Below are positions 33,388 through 44,328 of a stretch of DNA of 64,000 bases, one piece after another. The notes beneath the pieces are model-generated. The model did no database searches and was not told where the DNA came from. It saw only the letters and a list, made by a program, of their open reading frames with translations. The translations under genes and the position numbers were made by a program. This DNA comes from an uncultured Nitrososphaerales archaeon. GTDB lineage: Archaea; Thermoproteota; Nitrososphaeria; Nitrososphaerales; Nitrososphaeraceae. The stretch covers positions 15,546-79,545 of the forward strand of contig CAWJCY010000008.1 in the NCBI GenBank assembly GCA_963841565.1. The letters are read 5' to 3'. Numbering within the stretch: the first letter of the stretch is position 1; each line of letters starts with the position of its first letter.

Positions 33388-34468
33388 TTATGGATTTATA
33401 ACTCCTCGACCAACAACTTTTCCCTCCTTCAGCATGGACAGTGCTTCGGTAGCCTGCTCAAGGTTGAATTTGTCGGATACAAGGGGTTTTATTACGCCAC
33501 GTCTAGTCAATGATACCAGTTCGGCAAGCTGAGCGATGTTCCCTGTATAGGATCCAATCAGCTTGTATGCTCTTGTGGGCATACTTAAGAGGTTTAATTT
33601 TATCGAGCCTCCATACAATCCAACTAGCACTAATCGTGCACGCTTTCTCAAAATTTGTATACCGTTCGCTGTGCTTTTAGAGGAGTTTACAAAATCAATC
33701 ACTGCATCCACGCCCAATTTTTGGGTCACTTCCATCACGGCTGTTACTGCATTCTCCTTCATTGCATTCACTACGTAGTCTGCGCCATTCTCTTTAGCTG
33801 TCCTTAACTTGTTGTCATCCAAATCTAAGGCGATCACCGTTGAACCCGTAATTGCCTTCGCGAGTTGGATTGCCATTAAGCCTAATCCTCCAGCACCAAT
33901 AATAACAGCAGTGTCATATGGTCTCAGACTTGCATTGTTTATTGCACCATATGCAGTCAATGAAGAACATGTTAACGTGCATGCTGTATTTGCATCAAAT
34001 GAACCTGTCTGAATATCATTTGTAATATCTAAAAGGTATCTGTAAGCTTGGCACCAAGACATACTCAGAATATCCACCATCATTATAAACACCTAAAGAT
34101 CGCGGTCGGTCACATAAATTCTCGTTGCCCTCTCTGCATGCCGGACACATTCCTTCTCCCAACCAAGGGTAAACAAGAACATTGCTATCTTTTTTGAATA
34201 GATTAAGTGATGACACTTCCTCACCAACCTCTTCCACCACCCCTGCAATTTCATGCCCGGGGATTAGCGGATAGCGTACGCCTCGATCAGTTGCTTTGAG
34301 GAACTCTCCATCTGGACCTTCATAACCTCCTTCCCAGAGATGAATATCGCTATGACAAACTCCACAGGCTTCTACCCTGACAAGAACCTGGGAACCGATA
34401 GGTTTAGGGGTTTCTTTAGTTACAATTTCTAAAGGAGATTTTGGCTTGGTAATACTAGCAGACTTCAT
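33388..34468 (-). CDS. zinc-dependent alcohol dehydrogenase (+1 frameshift at ~34044)
   Basis: CHSD, GHE and CPACREGNENLC in 34016..34468; GAGGLG Rossmann fold in 33388..34092. Confidence 0.88.
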
Positions 34469-35012
34469 AGAGGGGTTAAGAAGAGATTGAATATAAAATG
34501 ATTGTTATGGGATTGCGTATGAGCAAATCATATTAGTATACTAAAAAATTGAAAATTCTTGACATCTTTTCCTATTCGATATTATTGTGGAATACATGTG
34601 CTTGTAGTCAAATCACAGTGGTATTGCTACCTTAATAATACTCTCTCAAGTTAAAATCTCGTACCCCAGATTGGTTATACACCTGCAGCATTGCTCCTTC
34701 GTTCGCTAGTCGTAGACTTTTTAGACATGCGGAGAAGAGGCATATAGCTTGGAATTCTTCGGGCGGTTGGTTCAGTTTGTGATACTTACAACATATGCTG
34801 CATATAGTCTTCGATCAATGAAGTCAATAATTCCTGCTGACAACAATTCAACTCTCTCAAATGTGGTGACTTGGAATCTACCAGGTAAACCATATTGGAA
34901 CAAATATGTTTATTCAGCCCCCAAGCCTCTTTTTAGATGAGATCGGTCAAATATTGGCAGAAAATTGCATGGAATTCAAATCTAGTTCAACAAATAAATA
35001 AAAGACCACAAT

Positions 35013-35492
35013 TCACTTAACATCGTGGCGATATTTATCGCTATTCTTTACCATACCAACTATACGTGTCCACGTATCCCGAAAAGAAGTACAGCCTGAT
35101 CCGGCCAAATGACTACATGTATCATTATTAAGCAATGTACCATCTTCATCTTCGGTGAGAACGCGTCCTTCGCTATAATTAGGGAAGCTATTTCCTAATC
35201 TAGTCTTAATAAGGCCACGAATTATTTCCTTAAAGACCTCAATCAAGCCGGATCTAGCACCAAAAGCCCCGTTTTTATTGATCAACCAAAACATTTGAGT
35301 GGGGTCGTAGTCGGCTGGAAAGATAGATTTCTTTACTTTCATTGCCTCAGGCGAATAATAATGACCTGCCAAACGTATCCAACCTCCTGATATCCTTCTA
35401 GCCCAAAAAGCGAATTGCCCACATGACGAGCATCTGTCATCGTATATGAGCAACGGCCTTGAAAAAGGAGAGGACACAGGTATTGACAACAT
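35013..35492 (-). CDS. DCC1/DUF393-like thiol-disulfide oxidoreductase
   Basis: LLIYDDRCSSC DxxCxxC motif. Confidence 0.65.
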   Translation of the reverse strand: MLSIPVSSPFSRPLLIYDDRCSSCGQFAFWARRISGGWIRLAGHYYSPEAMKVKKSIFPADYDPTQMFWLINKNGAFGARSGLIEVFKEIIRGLIKTRLGNSFPNYSEGRVLTEDEDGTLLNNDTCSHLAGSGCTSFRDTWTRIVGMVKNSDKYRHDVK

Positions 35493-35672
35493 ATGTTGCT
35501 ACTCTCTTCACAAATATAAGACTTCTCGATAGACTTTCCATAGATTGCTAAAGCAGTTTCTGTCATGGCAAAAAAAATATTACAAACTGTGAATAACTTA
35601 TACTAGCCAGATAATATGCATTCATAAATATGAATAAATACGTAGACCTGTCCATAGCTAATAGAAACTGTC

Positions 35673-35798
35673 GTGCTAAAATGTATCCGATGTGGACATG
35701 AAATGAAGGACATACAACCTTGTCATTTGAAATGTTTCAACTGTGGGAGCGAGATCGACTGTTCTGATATAAACTATTTTTTGATTGAAGATGATTGA
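35673..35798 (+). CDS. 41-aa double zinc-finger microprotein
   Basis: MLKCIRCGHEMKDIQPCHLKCFNCGSEIDCSD..., below the ORF-track cutoff. Confidence 0.7.
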   Translation: MLKCIRCGHEMKDIQPCHLKCFNCGSEIDCSDINYFLIEDD

Positions 35799-37020
35799 AT
35801 TTGTTAAAGAAAGAATGATCATTATAGTTCCACTTCTTTATTTTTCTAACTTAAAGGATCTCCATTCCTTGTTTCATTAGTCAGTTCATATTATTTTGGT
35901 AAAATGTTTAATAGATGCTGTAGTTAGGACCATTGGATATCTATCTTTATTTTTCTATTCTTTCATTTTCAAATGGTATCGTTGTCAACCATGATAGATC
36001 GATGGGTGAATAATTAGTCAGCATTTGTGTACATAAAAAATGCAGCAGGTTATGCTTTAATATCGTTACTACATTTAAGATGATTTCTTTCAGTTCTCTC
36101 AAAAATATCTAGGTTACATTTTGCAAGCATCTGTGCAATTCAATCCATTCAACCCGGCCTATATTCTCTAAAGTCTTGATCTGTTGAAGGATTTGAAGCA
36201 ATTTGTAAGAGGATTTATTGCAATTCTGAATAACCATGCTAATTGCAATTTGTGGTCTAACTATTTGTAAAGAACCGATCATGTTATTCTTGCCATTTTG
36301 CCAAATATTATTTTTAATGACAGAATGAGGACTGTCCTGTTTTATTACAATCAATAAAACGATATTCACCAGCCAAATATGCTTGTATCTACATCATACA
36401 CTGCTCAGGATAGATTTTTTCCAAAGGTTTCGTACTTTTCTGAACGGTAGAAAGAGGTGTTTTACCCTTTTACCAATCTTCCGACTGCTTAATTCTGGAT
36501 TTTCTATCAACTCTAACAATATTTTTGCTTAGTGTCAATTATGACCAGCCTGATAACATTCGCAAAATTAATGTACCCCTAAAACGTGTTGATACACATT
36601 CTTTAAACGGGTAGTATGCTGAATGATAAAGTATGTAAGAGCATTGCATGATTTTGACTACTGTACCAATAATTAGAACGAGGCGTGGGCGTCTGCGCTA
36701 GTGTTCATACATTGGATCGCTCATACCATTGTAACTAGTGAACCAAAGATTATCATGTATTCGGAGGGTACATTGTTTACTGAACAGCATATGTGTGGGC
36801 ATTTTAGCTATCCATTGGTCTGGAATGAGAGGCTTCTAGTGCAATATGAGAATATTACTTATAACATGAGGCTCAAATGCATGTTTAAAGGTAAATGGTT
36901 ATGCCGTGAATAATAGACCTAAGTATGACCAAAATGTTAATAAATTCGATGAATCAGCACCGCTTCCAATTTTAATAAATACTTATATTTGATATTATAT
37001 AATTGTTTTATTGGTAATTC

Positions 37021-37086
37021 AGTCCGGCTCCCCCCAGAGCCATTGAAAGGCCAATGGTAGGGAAAAATATTTCCCTGCCATTTTGT
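37021..37086 (+). ncRNA. candidate small hairpin RNA / terminator
   Basis: Stems 37026-30/37037-41 and 37053-64/37071-82, TATA-like TTATATAA at 36995, T-run after. Confidence 0.3.
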
Positions 37087-37559
37087 CAGTTGATCACCCA
37101 TTGTCTACTTCCCTGTATATGATAAAGTTCCATCCAGGCTGATCTTGGCTTTTTGAAATTTATTGCTGGGGATAATTAGGAACACCCAAGGTAGTCTAAT
37201 TATCTTATAATGTATATTTTATACGCTACAATACATGGATCATAGATTAATGTTGAATGGCGATGATAATGTTATCTTCATCAGTAAGTTTAATTGAATC
37301 ATTATGATGTTGTCTTTGGGTTGAGCACCAAATTGCAAGATAAGAGTAAGCTTTTGATCAATATGCTACTTGTGGCTTGGGTGATTAGTTCAATCGTTGC
37401 TGTGTATTATCTTCGCATCGATTTCTTACGAAAGCATTTTGTTGAATGCATTTCTATTCATTCCCACTAAAAAGTCATGCTCGTTGATGTGCTCCTATGT
37501 CTTCTAGTTCTAAAGGATTAGCTAAAAATGGCCACTCTTTGCTAGAGTGTCATGTATAC

Positions 37560-37760
37560 GAGAAAGTTTACAGATTTCTGAGTGTTTACAAATTTGTATA
37601 CAGCCATTGTATACAGACCTGCTTGTAAACAGCCGTTCAGTAGAAATTCACGCTCAACATACTGAACGACCCAAATTGAACAGCATCGTTCAAAACACTT
37701 TTCAATAGTTTCCCTAGGGGGATTCGTTCAAGGCGTTCAATTAGCGTTCAATTAAGTTAT
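37560..37760. repeat. degenerate inverted copy of the 140-345 element
   Basis: CGTTCAA and TGTATACA/TGTAAACA repeats; reverse complement aligns in blocks to 140-345. Confidence 0.55.
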
Positions 37761-38082
37761 ATGCTAGAACTTTTGGCATCGGCTGTATGTCGTCAGCAAT
37801 TTCATCCCATAAGACTATCTTCAGTTTGTACATTCCCGCTTTCGAGATTTAAAGAACACATACGTCCACTTGGCTATATTTGCACGTAGTATTTTCGAAT
37901 CGAATTACGTAGATCAATTAAACTTGGTAGATGATAAAAATGATAATAATCAAATGGAGGGTCATAAGACTCATAGGTTTCTTATGCATGGCATTGCAAG
38001 CTAAGTAGATTTTCGATGCAATAATATTGATAAAAGCATAATAGCAGGTCCAGAGCATTACTTTGACTTGTTGTCGCGGAGT

Positions 38083-39132
38083 CTACCCCGAGTTCATCAT
38101 AATGACTCTGGCTTCAGCATACCATCCTCTTCTCCACCCTACGAAGGGGAATTTTCCAAAAATAAAACCAAGCTGTGACCAGTAAGTCATTAACTCCCCC
38201 GCAACGTGCTGTATATTATCTTGACCTCCAGTAATGATGAATGATGCTACCTTGTCTCTAATTAGGTAATTTTCATGAGTAATAATCTGGTTCTGAATGC
38301 AGTTCATCCTCTGAATCATCTGATAGTAAAGAGAGCTAGCATTTCCCCATCTAATTGGTGTGGCGAGAATTAATACATCTGCCCAAACAATGAGTTTTTC
38401 ATACACTAGTATCATCTGATTGTCCTCATCCATCTCCGAAATCGAACACGGAAAAATACATGCCTTGGCATTTTTGGAGTAATATCCCTTGCAATGTTTA
38501 AAGGCTAAATTTCGCAGCTTAATCATATCAGTATTTGAACCAAGTTTATTCCTTGCGTAGTTAAGAGCATACGTCAAAGCTTGCTCGGATGTACTTTGAC
38601 GAGGAGCAATCTTTTCATTCAGATTCGTAGTGGATATACCAAGTACATTTTTCTTCCTCGCAATTTCGTTGCTGTGTAGGATATCCTTATCCTATTGTTT
38701 TAGATAGCTGTTGATAGAATTTTTGAGCTTGTTATATGAAGTATGTGGCACACTTACCCGTTTTCCTACATTAGTGGGCAATGGATTTACATATAGCATT
38801 CCCTTTAGCACCCTAGTTTCGTACGAATCAACACTGTCTCCTCCTTTGTGTGGCGACTTTCCATCAGCGATAGAATACTTCCATCCATGCCAGGGACATG
38901 TTATTATCCGTTCTGTTAGCTCTCCCTCACTCAGAGGACCACCTTCGTGTTTGCATCGGTTCGAAATAGCATAATATTTTCCGGCAACATTAAAAACGGC
39001 AATTTCCAATTCAGTTCCAGTTCCGTTCACGATCAAGAAACTTTTCGATTCACCAGGGTTAATTTCGGCAGTTCGACAAAGATAGCGAAGATTACTGGTT
39101 GTGCTATGTCTTGTAGTGCTACGTTTGGTCAT
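38083..39132 (-). pseudogene. Rieske domain-NADPH-dependent FMN reductase (flavodoxin-like) fusion interrupted by in-frame TAG
   Basis: CKHEGG/CPWHG Rieske motifs; TAG at 38692-38694; same frame continues VLGISTT...ATPIRWG...GGQD. Confidence 0.8.
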
Positions 39133-39237
39133 ATTCTTTTTGTCGTGAATGATAGAAAAATACTTTGCTTGTGGATAAGATCGTCATCCAGTACGCGTAG
39201 ACCATAAAAAAGAAGGTAATCCCAGGTATTGTTATTG

Positions 39238-39451
39238 TTATTTGTGTATCTCTTTCTCTAGTGCTTCTCTTAACATGTTAGCATGCTTCTGCCTGTCTCG
39301 TTTAATAGTTTGCCACAGTTCTACTAAATCTGATCTGTTACTGCCTTGAGCGTCTTTAATGTAGCTGTCTACCGTCTCGTACAAAAAAATCTGCATCTGT
39401 CCCTAATGCTCTTAGTATACTATACTCAACATTTGATATTACTTGAGTCAT
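39238..39451 (-). CDS. small helical (ferritin-like) protein with +1 frameshift in a T run
   Basis: Removing one T near 39385 gives MTQVISNVEYSILRALGTDADFLYETVDSYIKDAQ...DRQKHANMLREALEKEIHK. Confidence 0.6.
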
Positions 39452-39510
39452 TGCAAGATTGGTTTGTTAATAAAATATTTAATAGTTGTACATTTATACT
39501 AAAGTCTATT

Positions 39511-39723
39511 GACTAAAGATTTGATATTTCCCGTTACCATGATGGATATATAGAAGAATTAGAAAAGCTAATAAACGCAAAGGCAAGAGGAAAGGTCCGC
39601 GTAATTAGACAAGTGACCAAGGAGCCTCAGCAAACACAAGATTTGATAGCAGCTTTGAAGGCTAGTTTGCAAGGGGCCGTCGTGAAGAAAAAATACAAGA
39701 CGTGGATCAGATTCCGTTTATGA
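39511..39723 (+). pseudogene. inverted partial duplicate of the ku 3' end
   Basis: 39511-39669 closely matches the reverse complement of 48699-48858 (HDGYIEELEKLINAKARGK...QDLIAALKASL). Confidence 0.9.
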
Positions 39724-40019
39724 TAACTAGTCGCTATTCTCTTTTACGAGGTGAAGGTCGTTGAAATAGTTATGACGGACCTCCGGTAACATTCGAATCT
39801 TATCCTCTTTTTAATCAGTCTTTAATTTGGTATGGGAAGGTTGCCCGGTCATCGTATATGCTCTAAAAATACATCCACTGTGATCTCGACTTTTTCTTTG
39901 ACTATTTAAACAGAATATTTACTTGGTATCGGATTACCTCAAATACGGCTTGACTATTTTCCCGTAAAATGTATGATGGATTCTATTTTATATTATGTTG
40001 TCCATAGTTTTTATGACCA

Positions 40020-40301
40020 ATGCCTAGGCCCCAAACAAAAAAAAGTGGTGCAAAGAAAAGCTCAGGGGGATTAGACAAACGGTTATCTACACGGACAAAA
40101 AAACAAATAGATTCATTGCCGGAACATGCACAACATATATACAAAAAGGCACATGATAATGCCATCGAACAATACCAAAATCCTGAAAAAAGACGCGGTG
40201 GTAAGAGTGAAAGCGCTGAAGAAGTAGCACACAAAGTTTCGTGGGCAGCAGTTAAGAGAAATTATAAAAAGAAAGGAGATCAGTGGGTTAAGAAAGTATG
40301 A
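40020..40301 (+). CDS. ChaB family protein
   Basis: LPEHAQHIYKKAH...AHKVSWAAVKRNYKKKGDQW. Confidence 0.9.
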   Translation: MPRPQTKKSGAKKSSGGLDKRLSTRTKKQIDSLPEHAQHIYKKAHDNAIEQYQNPEKRRGGKSESAEEVAHKVSWAAVKRNYKKKGDQWVKKV

Positions 40302-40699
40302 TCCTCACCTGGTGACGGGGCGGATACATAGTTGCGACGATTGCAACGGCACTTGATTATTGTTTCACGTTTTATTGCTACACTTTGGCGAATCACGAAT
40401 GCATCTCTGGCATAATAACGTACATACTAAGGGAAGGCAGAGTTTAACTTTAATAGTGAACGATGGAAAAAATCTATACTCTCAAGTTGTTCTGACTATT
40501 AGGTGCCCACAACATTCGATTCATGACATAAGGATCTTGAATTATGCACGTATTCCATTAGATCTATTTGTCAATTAAGGATATGATTTTCATTGTGCTT
40601 TATTCTACATTATGATTTATGCAGAAAATCCTTCCTTTTTAACCATCAATGTAAATTGTTGTATCGTAAAGTATTATATAAAATGTTGATATCCTGTAC

Positions 40700-40939
40700 T
40701 TGATGACTAGAAATTTGAAATTCTTAGGAATAGGCGCATGCCTACTAGCCGCTGCAGTTATTGTTATGGGTGTATCGGCTATAACGCCAGATGCAGTGGC
40801 TCAGAACACTACCGAAAAAGGCACCGGTGGGGGACTAGGTGTACCTCAGAACGCAACGGGTTCTCAATCATCGCCCGAAGCTATGAATAATACTCTAACA
40901 CCCATGGGTCCTGAAAATGAAACCGTAATTACAAACTAG
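40700..40939 (+). CDS. small secreted protein
   Basis: Signal peptide ending AVAQ; several NxT sequons. Confidence 0.65.
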   Translation: MMTRNLKFLGIGACLLAAAVIVMGVSAITPDAVAQNTTEKGTGGGLGVPQNATGSQSSPEAMNNTLTPMGPENETVITN

Positions 40940-41102
40940 AGAAAACACAGAATCTATTCAATATTTTTTTAATTTCAACATTAATAAAAGACGGTTGTAG
41001 CATTAACTTTTTTTATACGCATAATGCTGCAATACCATATTTGGATCATGCAGTAATGCGCGGTGATATGCTCTGCCGAACTATTGTATTTTAAGGTGCC
41101 AA

Positions 41103-41588
41103 TCACTTCATACCATAAATCTTAGAAATATCCCATGACAGGATTTTTATTGGTTTGACAAGCAATATGTGTCTCGGCAAGTTTATACTAAATTGAACCA
41201 TCGGATTATTAAGCGCCTCCTTGCCAACATATCTTTCATACATCTCTATTGCAACTGTGTGATCAATGTCATCTTTTATCTCTACCTTGCCTTCGATTAT
41301 CACAGCCTTGCCATTAAGAAATGAAATATTTCCAGGTTTTCCTTCAATAATATCTATCACAATAGAAACATACGGATTCTCCTTGAGGTTCCTGACTTTT
41401 TTCGTATCTTTAGTGACTGTTATGACGATATATGTTCCGTCATAATAATACCAAACTGGCACGACGTGCGGTCTTCCCTTGTTAGCGGTCGCCATTCTCG
41501 CGATTCTTGGAACAGAAAGAAATGAGTCTATCTCCTCATTTGACATCGCCATTGAAGACATCCATTTTTTCAGATCTTTCGAGGACAA
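41103..41588 (-). CDS. pyridoxamine 5'-phosphate oxidase-like (PPOX class) protein
   Basis: RMAT...PHVVPVWY...KKVRNLKENP. Confidence 0.85.
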   Translation of the reverse strand: MSSKDLKKWMSSMAMSNEEIDSFLSVPRIARMATANKGRPHVVPVWYYYDGTYIVITVTKDTKKVRNLKENPYVSIVIDIIEGKPGNISFLNGKAVIIEGKVEIKDDIDHTVAIEMYERYVGKEALNNPMVQFSINLPRHILLVKPIKILSWDISKIYGMK

Positions 41589-41840
41589 AATTAGGTACGA
41601 TTTAAAGAAAGATGTAACGATATTTAAGTGAAGGCAATATTCTGCTGTATTGAATATATTGCGTTGAGGTAAGAGTCCCTTGGCTGATGTGTATGCTGAT
41701 TCTTCGTATGTAAATTAATTTTAGAATCTGAGTTTTGGTATTACGCCAACGAGAGTTACTAGATAACAGTAATTTACAGATTTCTAATACGGGATTAAGG
41801 AGAATTAGTGCCGCCTAAATGAAAATTGCCTACCACACAC

Positions 41841-43031
41841 CTACCTGTTACTCCCAAGAAAATCCGTTATTCTCAACTGTGCCTTCTTATGTTCGAAGAT
41901 TTTACTACCTCTAATCCACTCTCCTTTCGAAACAGATAAATTCATACACGCAAAGGACAACGCTTTTTCAAAGCTCTCAAATTGCATTTTTTTCGCTTTC
42001 AACGCTTCCCTGACTCCCTCTCTCACCTGCCATACTCCCACCGGCATGACATATTCTGAATGAATTTCTCTTAAGATTAATGCTGCTGCTTTTCTTCCTC
42101 TTTTTGAGAGGTGTTCTGCAACACCTAGTCTTGCAGCAAAGTATGCACCTGCTATAGAAGGATAATGGTCTAAACCTCTTGCATCTTCGAAATCAAGTCC
42201 CATCCCCAAGTTTCCATTGTTGTCAAACCATACCTCTTTCATTTCAAAGCTCCAAACGTCATCAGGGATCAATATAACAGAGTAGTAGTTACCAAGATGC
42301 GAATAATTATAAACTTCAAAAAAATCTATTTGGGCATTTGATACTAAGCTTCTTATCAAGGAAACAGAAATTATATCATCTGTTGCAGAGATGCTCCATC
42401 GTGTAGGGACAAGTCTTCTGTTTTTTTGTATGCCTAGCATTCCTACGCTAAGAACTCGATGAATTCTGCTAACCTCCACTTCTTTTTTGTAGAGTTCAAC
42501 GACAGCTTCGGCTGCGTGCAAATCCTTATCGTAATAGACCTTCTCCAACCGTCTATCTATTGAAAGTGATGCTGTTTTGAAACCCTTTAAAGGCGCTATT
42601 GGACCAAATGGGGCAGATTCACCTAAGTCCTTTTCTTGTTCTATGTCTGTAATTGGTTTTTTTTCAAACAACAGTTCACTTTCAGCTGATTTTGTAGCCA
42701 TAGCCAATTCCTGTAAAGATTCAATATATCTTCCAGAAGTAACATGGGCATTAACGTCTGATACTCCTCTTACCAGAGACAGACGATAGTTAACAATATC
42801 TTCAAGACTTTTACCAAGCCACATCTCTGGTTTATCAAGTACAGTAGTGTCGCCATGGAACGGTGGCACCATTGGTCCCACCTTTACCTTGGGATAGCCG
42901 TAGCGTCCAATAAAAACAGAAGGAGGCGTGGCACCCGCAAGTGTCTCTGAACTCAATTTTGACGAATTTGTACTAAGAAACTCAATCCAGTTATCTTCTA
43001 ATCGCTTCCTGATTTCATTAGCAGTAGCCAC
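41841..43031 (-). CDS. nreA: Nre family PCNA-interacting DNA repair protein
   Basis: PPSVFIGRYGYPKV, RRLVPTRWSISATD, PVGVWQVRE, C-terminal PIP box QLRITDF. Confidence 0.92.
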   Translation of the reverse strand: MATANEIRKRLEDNWIEFLSTNSSKLSSETLAGATPPSVFIGRYGYPKVKVGPMVPPFHGDTTVLDKPEMWLGKSLEDIVNYRLSLVRGVSDVNAHVTSGRYIESLQELAMATKSAESELLFEKKPITDIEQEKDLGESAPFGPIAPLKGFKTASLSIDRRLEKVYYDKDLHAAEAVVELYKKEVEVSRIHRVLSVGMLGIQKNRRLVPTRWSISATDDIISVSLIRSLVSNAQIDFFEVYNYSHLGNYYSVILIPDDVWSFEMKEVWFDNNGNLGMGLDFEDARGLDHYPSIAGAYFAARLGVAEHLSKRGRKAAALILREIHSEYVMPVGVWQVREGVREALKAKKMQFESFEKALSFACMNLSVSKGEWIRGSKIFEHKKAQLRITDFLGSNR

Positions 43032-43642
43032 AACTTTACTGATGATTCGACATTAGGGATAATTCAACCTATCGAGTCCGTATTGAGTGCGGTCACCGGA
43101 AATCGAATCTGTATTACACGCCCAATGCAGTCCAGAAAAATTTGTTAACTTAAACTAGTATATTTGACCTTCAACTGCCGTGCGTCTGATACGTGCTCTA
43201 GGCCCTTTGCAGATTTTATCTCTGATTACGAAATGCCCACTAGGATCTTTTTCATCTTGTCCTGAAAATTGGATGAACGACGCAGGAGATACTAAGCTTT
43301 GAAGGATAAATTTTTGAAAATTTCAGTCTTCTTTCTATTTTCAATCTCGCACGTTAAATGTAAAAGAATGAAAACAATTCATATCCTAAAGTCAATTTCA
43401 AGTCAAGATGAATAGGTAAATATTCATCCAACAATACAATCGAGCTATGAAGTGCATAAGAAAAGAATTCAACAAGAGTAGTTTACTTCGGAACGATTGT
43501 AGACCAGTATACTCAGGGAGATTTCTGATTCTTGTCATAGACTTATTCTGTCGAACCAACACAATATGTGGTTATATTATTTCCCTTGGATAGTGGTCGT
43601 CCAGTCGATAATAAATTCATAAGATAATGTAATGGACTAAAA

Positions 43643-43843
43643 TTAGTCTCCTTGCCTAGGTTCCTCGTCCTCAAATTCCTCTCCTCCAAGAGGGACCTCT
43701 TTCTTTAGCTCTCCTTGGCTTTCTAACTCCTCAATTACTTTTTCCTCCTCATCAATGTTTGCTCTATTTTTTGTCTCAGGTCCCATCTTTCTTTTGACTT
43801 CTGATGCCTTAGTCATTATTATTATTATAGCATTGGACGACAT
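43643..43843 (-). CDS. small acidic hypothetical protein
   Basis: E-rich 66-aa ORF. Confidence 0.45.
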   Translation of the reverse strand: MSSNAIIIIMTKASEVKRKMGPETKNRANIDEEEKVIEELESQGELKKEVPLGGEEFEDEEPRQGD

Positions 43844-44328
43844 TTTATTTGTTGATTAGCATCCATTTTTCCCACTCGCTTCAATCACCGTCCTCTCAAG
43901 TACTTTTAAGAGTCAATATAGCGGCGTCAATATGCCTTATCTCTTATAATTAGAAAGAAAAAAAGGGAGATAAAGCCTCAAATTACGTCATATTAGACCT
44001 AAATTCATAATTCCTACTATTAACAAGTGATGCAAATGATATTTTATTCCGAAGTTAGATCCAGAGCATTATGGAAGGTATTTTCATTATTCTTCGAAAT
44101 AAATAGTCAAAAATATATCCGATGATAAACAGTAGAGCACACCCGAACCGCGGGAACAAGGTGTAGCCCATTTTTGAACTTAAGCATTAAGCACTGCTAA
44201 TACCCCCCATACTTGAGTATGCTTTCAATTTTTATTTGCATAGTCAAATTTTGAAGAAAAAGATCTGATACAGTACTGTCACAATCATCTTATACAAGCA
44301 GGTATTCATTTTACTTCATAAGGGACTT

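Noticed and set aside
140-37760. A single 37-kb transposon or casposon bounded by the inverted elements
   Set aside because: No integrase, Cas1, PolB or transposase inside, core genes such as pyrH are included, and the repeats are too degenerate
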